Positions 1 through 5,793 of a DNA stretch of 9,569 nt are shown here, one piece after another (the first letter of the stretch is position 1; each line of letters starts with the position of its first letter). Below the pieces are notes generated by a model. That model worked only from the letters and a program-made list of their open reading frames with translations. It did no database searches and was not told the DNA's origin. This stretch comes from Candidatus Saganbacteria bacterium (GTDB lineage: Bacteria > Margulisbacteria > WOR-1 > JAKLHX01): positions 1-9,569 of the forward strand of contig JAPLKZ010000003.1 in the NCBI GenBank assembly GCA_026387835.1. The letters are read 5' to 3'. Position numbers and translations under genes: made by a program.

Positions 1-921
<921 letters not shown>

Positions 922-964
922 CACTGTCACTATTTAGCGCAGGAGATTACCTTATTTAGAAAAG

Positions 965-984
965 CTTAGACTTGACCGTCTAAG
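965..984 (+). other. Hairpin in the 23S-5S spacer (possible pre-5S processing stem)
   Basis: Perfect 7-bp inverted repeat cttagac (965-971) / gtctaag (978-984) with a 6-nt loop ttgacc. It lies 10 nt upstream of the 5S 5' end. The processing function is inferred only. Confidence 0.35.
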
Positions 985-993
985 AGAAAAATA

Positions 994-1103
<110 letters not shown>

Positions 1104-1110
<7 letters not shown>

Positions 1111-1167
1111 TATTTTTTGCTTTTGTCGCGAATCACTCGAACTTTTAAAGCTGATAGCCTCGCGAAT
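1104..1167 (+). repeat. Direct repeat copy A: last 6-7 nt of 5S + T-tract + ~48 nt downstream
   Basis: gccgggttattttttgcttttgtcgcgaatcactcgaacttttaaagctgatagcctcgcgaat. It matches copy B (1256-1320) at about 54/65 positions with one 1-nt indel, by manual alignment. The ttatttttt run right after 5S helix I probably acts as the operon terminator. Confidence 0.8.
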
Positions 1168-1202
1168 TGAAACAAAACATTTCGATGGATAGGCTTGTCC
1201 GC

Positions 1203-1223
1203 CGAAGCCCGAAGGGCGAAGGA
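1203..1223 (+). repeat. Three tandem heptads CGAAGnn (cgaagcc cgaaggg cgaagga)
   Basis: CGAAG occurs at 1203, 1210 and 1217 with exact 7-nt phasing. A fourth CGAAG(gg) lies at 1250-1256, abutting repeat copy B. The block contains a small gccc-gaa-gggc hairpin (1207-1217). Confidence 0.7.
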
Positions 1224-1255
1224 GGATAGATGCTTGCCCTGAGCGTAGTCGAAGG

Positions 1256-1320
1256 GCCGGGTTATTTTTTGGTGTTGTCGCGAATGGCACGAATTTCTTA
1301 AGGCTGATTGCCTCACGAAT
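1256..1320 (+). repeat. Direct repeat copy B (5S-3'-end-like gccggg + T-tract + downstream unit)
   Basis: gccgggttattttttggtgttgtcgcgaatggcacgaatttcttaaggctgattgcctcacgaat. It is offset 152 nt from copy A and about 83% identical. It is preceded by gcttgccctgag...gtag...gggccgggt, which resembles the 5S 3' segment cttggtccctgag...gtaggtagatgccgggt. Confidence 0.8.
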
Positions 1321-1365
1321 ATTTCAGATTTCTTGAATTAAAGACAGCGCAGATATTTCACGAAG

Positions 1366-1374
1366 TGGTATAAT
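1366..1374 (+). promoter_or_regulatory. Extended -10 promoter (TGgTATAAT) ending 6 nt before the ATG at 1381
   Basis: Sequence tggtataat is followed by tttagt and then ATG. No Shine-Dalgarno lies between them and no good -35 is present, which fits an extended -10 promoter. The predicted TSS is at or next to the A of the start codon. Confidence 0.5.
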
Positions 1375-1380
1375 TTTAGT

Positions 1381-1722
1381 ATGAAAATAGTACGGGACAA
1401 GATATCGGTCAGCGAGCTGGATGGCATGGCAAAGATGATGTTCGGCAATATGGTAAAAGCCGTGGTCGACGTAAAAAAAGATATAGCGGCGGTTGACGCC
1501 GAGTTACACGCGGATATGGAAGCTTATCTGATCGAGAACGGGTCCGATCAGTGCGATCTGTGGGGGATCAACCTGTATCCCGGTCAAAAAAAAGAGGATT
1601 TCATAGAATACGATTCGATGATCAATATCAGGCCGAACCGCGGCAACAGGAGCAGAGGCGTCGAAGATAAGGAAATAAGGGCAAAGATCACGGAGATAAT
1701 CAATAAACTGGTGAAAAAATGA
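1381..1722 (+). CDS. DUF5674-like small protein (113 aa), function unknown
   Basis: The ORF is clean with no competing frame. The motifs VKAVVDV...DAELHAD, LWGINLYP and DSMINIRPxxGNRSRGV match my recollection of the DUF5674 family, which is common in uncultivated bacteria. The stop overlaps the next start (ATGA at 1719-1722). Confidence 0.75.
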   Translation: MKIVRDKISVSELDGMAKMMFGNMVKAVVDVKKDIAAVDAELHADMEAYLIENGSDQCDLWGINLYPGQKKEDFIEYDSMINIRPNRGNRSRGVEDKEIRAKITEIINKLVKK

Positions 1723-2054
1723 CGATCCGTCACAAAGACCTTGCTTCCGGACGATGGCATAGTTTAAGGCTCTGCGAGCAGATGGGTAATATCGGCAGCG
1801 AGGTCGAAAGGACCATTAATCGGAAGAACAAAGGAGATGCCAAGAACAGAGACATGGCTTTTGAAAGAGCCATTGAACTTTTTGACCTCACAATAACAGA
1901 CCCGAAGAACCTTAAAAGGTTAAGGGAGCTTACAAGGACGAGGGAAGCCTTTGTGGATTTTATCTGGTTCGACAACCAGTACGGTTCGACTGACGAGCTG
2001 TGGAAAAAATATTTTCTTGCGTTTGGATTCTATTCAAGACTTAATGTGAACTGA
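1719..2054 (+). CDS. Conserved hypothetical 111-aa helical protein; possible degenerate MazG-like all-alpha fold
   Basis: The ATGA overlap with the upstream gene indicates translational coupling. The segment LCEQMGNIGSEV lines up position by position with the MazG-type helix LxEExGELxxEV. A second acidic helix follows, FERAIELFD. The sequence also resembles widespread unannotated proteins carrying NQYGSTDELWKKYF. Confidence 0.7.
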   Translation: MTIRHKDLASGRWHSLRLCEQMGNIGSEVERTINRKNKGDAKNRDMAFERAIELFDLTITDPKNLKRLRELTRTREAFVDFIWFDNQYGSTDELWKKYFLAFGFYSRLNVN

Positions 2055-2075
2055 TACTTTTAGAGCCATCCTCGA

Positions 2076-2657
2076 CTACTTAATAGTCACTTTCTTTAAT
2101 ACCACCGGCTTCACGGGTCTATCCGAAACGGCAGAGACGACAGATATTTTATCGGCGATGTCCTGTCCTTTTATGACCTTTCCGAATATCGTGTGGAGTC
2201 CCGTAAGCCACGGGGTAGGGGCGACTGTTATGAAGAACTGGGAACCATTCGTATTCGGTCCCGAGTTTGCCATAGCGAGCATTCCTGCTTTGTCAAAATT
2301 GAGCGTGGGATCTATTTCATCCTCAAACCTGTAGCCGGGGCCGCCTATACCGAGGCCGAGAGGGTCTCCGCCCTGTATCATGAAATCCGGTATGACCCTG
2401 TGGAATATTGTTCCGTCATAAAGCGGCCTCTCCGTGCTTTCTTTTGTCTTAGGATCGATCCACTTGATCTCCCCCTTAGCAAGCCCCGCAAAGTTCTTTA
2501 CCGTCAGAGGGGCCTGTTCCGGATACAGTTCACAGGTTATATTCCCCATGCTCGTTTCAAATACTGCATACATCTTGTGGTTTCCTTTCTGTGCGGCAAG
2601 GATATTGGCCGATAAAACAAATATAAATATGATGGCGATCAGTATTTTTTTATTCAT
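2076..2657 (-). CDS. ppiB: Peptidyl-prolyl cis-trans isomerase, cyclophilin type, with N-terminal signal peptide
   Basis: Carries the cyclophilin signatures FHRVIPDFMIQGGDP and GMLAMANSGPNTNGSQFFIT. The N-terminus MNKKILIAIIFIFVLSANILAAQ is a typical Sec signal. The symbol is generic for the family; the protein may be periplasmic and PpiA-like. Confidence 0.95.
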   Translation of the reverse strand: MNKKILIAIIFIFVLSANILAAQKGNHKMYAVFETSMGNITCELYPEQAPLTVKNFAGLAKGEIKWIDPKTKESTERPLYDGTIFHRVIPDFMIQGGDPLGLGIGGPGYRFEDEIDPTLNFDKAGMLAMANSGPNTNGSQFFITVAPTPWLTGLHTIFGKVIKGQDIADKISVVSAVSDRPVKPVVLKKVTIK

Positions 2658-2663
2658 AATATC

Positions 2664-2692
2664 ATTATAGAAAAGATATCATAGTAAGTCAA
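2664..2692 (-). promoter_or_regulatory. Near-consensus sigma70 promoter TTGACT-17 nt-TATAAT, with the -10 ending 6 nt before the ppi ATG
   Basis: The minus strand reads ttgact (2692-2687), then tactatgatatcttttc (17 nt), then tataat (2669-2664), then gatatt, then ATG (2657). There is no Shine-Dalgarno. Confidence 0.65.
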
Positions 2693-2754
2693 AGTTTCCT
2701 TTTACTTTTCTTGTTTCGACAAAGGAAGTTATTTAAGAAGATGCCTTTTGGATA

Positions 2755-3414
2755 TTATTCGCCGAATTGCACCCAGCCGAACAGGTGCGCGTCAACCATG
2801 CCGACGTGAAACCTTGACATGCACCAGTATTCAAGTGCGGAAAGAGGACGCATGTTTTTTAAAGTCGTTACAAAATCTTCTTCTCCGTATGTTTGTCTGA
2901 TCAAATTAAGAGCTTCGATCCTGGTAGAAACGCTCATTTCGGTCGAGGGCTTGTTAAGCCATTCGGCTGCTTTTTGGTGATCGAGTTTTGAACTTGCGCT
3001 GGACCGTTCAAAACGACGTAAGATATCAAAAATACAATGCGGGCTGATTTGTTTAGGCTCAGCACTAAGCACCCCATATTTATTTAATCCGAGATCATTG
3101 AAGTCACTTGACTCCAGGATCGGTATCGGTCGGTCTCCGTCCCTGCAATTGTGAAGTATCTCTAGCGCGACAATGCCGGGCATATGCGGGCTCTTAAATA
3201 ATTCAAGCGCCCTTTCACGGGAAATAGGAGCCAATCTGAGCTGGCCAAATACAATGCGTCTTGGCAGCATGCATGCAAGTGCGACGGCGGTATCGACGTG
3301 CATCTTTCTGTCGTGTATCTGGGGGACATCGCCTCTTCCCGAGTTATATCTTCTCCAGGCTTCCGGAAGGCCCGGCGATGTTCTTAGAAACTGTCCGAAA
3401 GTGACATTTGCCAT
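2755..3414 (-). CDS. Hypothetical protein (219 aa), orphan; weak degenerate HD-domain-like pattern
   Basis: A 660-nt ORF with AAGGA 9 nt upstream of the ATG. I recognise no confident family. MHVDTAVALACML resembles the first-His helix of HD/YfbR-like hydrolases. ILHNCRDGDRPIP resembles LHDxxExxxGDxPxP, but with HN in place of HD. Confidence 0.6.
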   Translation of the reverse strand: MANVTFGQFLRTSPGLPEAWRRYNSGRGDVPQIHDRKMHVDTAVALACMLPRRIVFGQLRLAPISRERALELFKSPHMPGIVALEILHNCRDGDRPIPILESSDFNDLGLNKYGVLSAEPKQISPHCIFDILRRFERSSASSKLDHQKAAEWLNKPSTEMSVSTRIEALNLIRQTYGEEDFVTTLKNMRPLSALEYWCMSRFHVGMVDAHLFGWVQFGE

Positions 3415-3508
3415 TTTATTTATTCCTTATATATTGCTGTTTTCGTTCTACAATAAATTATCGATGAAAAAAACAAGGAATTTCACATAAAATCCGTTAC
3501 CAGAATAA

Positions 3509-3517
3509 TGCTAGTAT
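3509..3517 (+). promoter_or_regulatory. Extended -10 promoter (TGcTAGTAT) ending 6 nt before the srkA-like ATG
   Basis: Sequence aatgctagtat is followed by tatgtc and then ATG (3524). There is no Shine-Dalgarno. An overlapping tattat hexamer (3515-3520) is an alternative -10. Confidence 0.4.
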
Positions 3518-3523
3518 TATGTC

Positions 3524-4465
3524 ATGAGCAACGCATGGGAAAAATTGACGCACGACAGCGTGATAAATGCTGTTCAGAATGTGACAGGATCAGAACTTAG
3601 CGGACTTCTTCTTAAGAGGAACAGTTATATCAACAGGGTATTCGAGCTCGAGGAAAAACTTTCCAAGAAACGGCTCATTGTGAAATTTTACAGGCCTAAA
3701 CGCTGGACAGAGAAACAGATACTTGAAGAGCATGCTTTCATAAAAAATCTTTACGGTCTGGATAACCATGTCATTCCTCCTGTAATGATCAGGGGCAAGA
3801 CGCTTTTTGAGCATGAAGGGATCTGCTTCGCGGTATTCCCAAAGATGGGAGGAAGGGCGCTGGACGAATTCGATAAAGAGGGCTGGATCAATATCGGGCA
3901 GCTGATAGGCAAAATGCATCTTGCCGGCTCAAGGACAAAAGATTCAAAAAGGATAATATGGAGGCCGGATACAGCGACAAAGCATCATCTTGAGGTCCTC
4001 GACCTGACAAATGTTGTGCCGGAAGATTTTAAAAAGGCTTTTGACCTTTGCGTGGATCAATTCATCAAAAAAGCTGCCGGAATGTTCGAGAATACTTCAA
4101 TGATAAAGCTTCACGGCGATATCCATATGGGCAATTTCATCCACAGGCCCGGAGAGGGGACATTTATCGTAGATTTCGATGATATGTGCGTCGGACCTCC
4201 CGTGCAGGACATGTGGATGCTGCTCCCTGACAAAGTCGAGAACTGCCGGAACGAAATAGACTGGTTTCTTAAAGGTTATGGGACTTTTTATGAGTTTGAT
4301 AGTAATACACTGCGGCTAATACCTTATTTACAGGCGATGAGGATGATACACTTCGCGTCATGGTGTGCTGTCCAGAAAGAAGACCCCGGGTTTGAAACTC
4401 ATTTTCCGGAATGGGGCTCTAAAAAGTACTGGGGGCAGCTGATACGGGATGTGAATGAAGTCTGA
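3524..4465 (+). CDS. srkA: Stress-response Ser/Thr kinase SrkA/RdoA (YihE) family, APH/homoserine-kinase-II fold
   Basis: Colinear by eye with E. coli YihE: NSYINRVFEL / NSYENRVYQF, VKFYRPKRWTEKQILEEHAF / VKFYRPERWTADQILEEHQF, FAVFPKMGGR / FAVFPSVGGR. The catalytic loop is LHGDIHMGNF, followed by DFDD and PVQDMWMLL. Confidence 0.9.
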   Translation: MSNAWEKLTHDSVINAVQNVTGSELSGLLLKRNSYINRVFELEEKLSKKRLIVKFYRPKRWTEKQILEEHAFIKNLYGLDNHVIPPVMIRGKTLFEHEGICFAVFPKMGGRALDEFDKEGWINIGQLIGKMHLAGSRTKDSKRIIWRPDTATKHHLEVLDLTNVVPEDFKKAFDLCVDQFIKKAAGMFENTSMIKLHGDIHMGNFIHRPGEGTFIVDFDDMCVGPPVQDMWMLLPDKVENCRNEIDWFLKGYGTFYEFDSNTLRLIPYLQAMRMIHFASWCAVQKEDPGFETHFPEWGSKKYWGQLIRDVNEV

Positions 4466-4536
4466 AGATTAAAGAATAATACACAATAAACAAGCACCAA
4501 TACACAAACAATACAAAATATCCGATCACGAATGAA

Positions 4537-4563
4537 CAAAAGCGGCCTTAATGGCCTTTTTTT
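4537..4563 (+). terminator. Putative Rho-independent terminator after the srkA-like gene
   Basis: aaaagcGGCCttaatGGCCttttttt. The GC stem is short (4544-4547 / 4553-4556) and can extend through A-U pairs. A T7 run follows at 4557-4563. Confidence 0.5.
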
Positions 4564-4584
4564 ATTATTTTAAAATATAGTGAA

Positions 4585-4596
4585 ATTTCCGGAAAT
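4585..4596. promoter_or_regulatory. Perfect 12-bp palindrome ATTTCCGGAAAT, candidate operator upstream of the NagB-like gene
   Basis: atttcc|ggaaat is self-complementary. It lies 52 nt upstream of the ATG at 4649, between candidate -10 hexamers tatagt (4576-4581) and tattat (4608-4613). Confidence 0.3.
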
Positions 4597-4648
4597 AAGC
4601 ATCGAGATATTATTGTGCGAAAAATAAATATGTAAAGGAGAAAATAAA

Positions 4649-5689
4649 ATGACCGTATCAGTAATAGAAGGAAAAATAACAAGAGGCGGGCTCAGAAATG
4701 TGTCAGATGTTATCATGGGCGCTGCCGCGAGGAGAGCGATCATCCCGGCCCCTTGGCGGACACCGGAAATGCAGAAAACAATAGCAGCGGTCGGAGCGAT
4801 GGGCAAAGAAGCTTTGACCAGCCCGGAGGGAAAGGGTTGGAACCCGGATTATCGGGTCGAATCAGTGCCTGATGTTGTAGCGCATGATAAGAGGATGGGT
4901 GATGCTCTTGCAGCAGTCATTCATCAAGAAGCGGGAAAAGGCAGCTTTCTGGATATCATTCTGCCTGTTGGACCTATGGGGCAATACGAATACACGGTCG
5001 CGAGGCTTAATGAGTGGAAAACACCGCTCGACAGAACAGAAACCTGGAATATGGATGAATGGGCCCGCAAAAACGGGACGCCAATAGTTGTCGGAGAATC
5101 ATTCCAGTATGCGATGGGCAGAGCCTTCTTCAGCCGTCTAAATAACAAATTTGCCGCAAACCATTTTGCAACTAGAGACATGCTGCCAAGATATGCAGAG
5201 CTTATGGCCGCAAGAAAAACACAAGCAAAGTCGGAGGGCAAAGAATATAAAAAGGTTGTGGTGCACGGTATCGGTCAGATAACGCACCTTGCGTTTATTG
5301 AAGAGCATTTGGCAAGGGTCGTAAGAAATAATGCGGAAGATTGGAAGAGGGTCCAATATGTTCTTGGGATGCCGCTAAGCGTTATGACAATTATGCAGAA
5401 TATCCTGACAAGCGCTGATTCCGATATCTTCGGTATCCCCGCGTATGCCAATACTATCGGGCCATGGCAAATCCTAAGCTCCGACTATATCATCGGCGGA
5501 TGTGATGGCGCACTCTGTCAGCCGGGCCGTCCGGGAATGGTCGCGACTTGGCAAAAATTGGCCGTACATATGACGTTCGGATTAGCAGAACGGAACATCC
5601 ATGTGCCGTCAACTTTCGGGACACAAATTCCGGGCGTATGTTTTGTGCTTGAAGATTTATTAAAACCGGTCAGCATGATCTCACACTGA
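4649..5689 (+). CDS. Divergent NagB / 6-phosphogluconolactonase-superfamily (sugar-phosphate isomerase/deaminase-like) protein with ~65-aa N-terminal extension
   Basis: A strong SD (AAGGAG, 4635-4640) lies 8 nt before the ATG. The core aligns by eye to E. coli NagB: DIILPVGPMG / VLGLPTGGTP, TWNMDEW / TFNMDEY, VVVHGIGQITHLAFIEE / LFMGGVGNDGHIAFNEP, and NTIGPWQILSSDYIIGGCDG / [20 protein letters not shown]. Confidence 0.75.
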   Translation: MTVSVIEGKITRGGLRNVSDVIMGAAARRAIIPAPWRTPEMQKTIAAVGAMGKEALTSPEGKGWNPDYRVESVPDVVAHDKRMGDALAAVIHQEAGKGSFLDIILPVGPMGQYEYTVARLNEWKTPLDRTETWNMDEWARKNGTPIVVGESFQYAMGRAFFSRLNNKFAANHFATRDMLPRYAELMAARKTQAKSEGKEYKKVVVHGIGQITHLAFIEEHLARVVRNNAEDWKRVQYVLGMPLSVMTIMQNILTSADSDIFGIPAYANTIGPWQILSSDYIIGGCDGALCQPGRPGMVATWQKLAVHMTFGLAERNIHVPSTFGTQIPGVCFVLEDLLKPVSMISH

Positions 5690-5713
5690 CATAGCTTACA
5701 GTAATTTTAAAGG

Positions 5714-5745
5714 ACCCGTGGTCAAGCGATCACGGGTTTCTTTTT
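5714..5745 (+). terminator. Strong Rho-independent terminator after the NagB-like gene
   Basis: acccgtggtc-aagc-gatcacgggt forms a 10-bp stem (one G-U pair) with a tetraloop. It is followed by tttcttttt (5737-5745). Confidence 0.85.
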
Positions 5746-5793
5746 GAAAATATTTGCTTTTTCACCCCGGTTTATTATAGAATAAAAAATATA

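Noticed and set aside
2193-2670. Plus-strand ORFs 2193..2615 and 2434..2670 opposite the PPIase gene
   Set aside because: They are antisense shadows of a gene with unmistakable cyclophilin motifs. They have no motifs or start signals of their own.
3173-3490. ORF 3173..3490 (+) overlapping the 219-aa orphan and the divergent spacer
   Set aside because: It is antisense to the longer ORF that has an SD. Its peptide is low-complexity and it ends inside the promoter region of the next gene.
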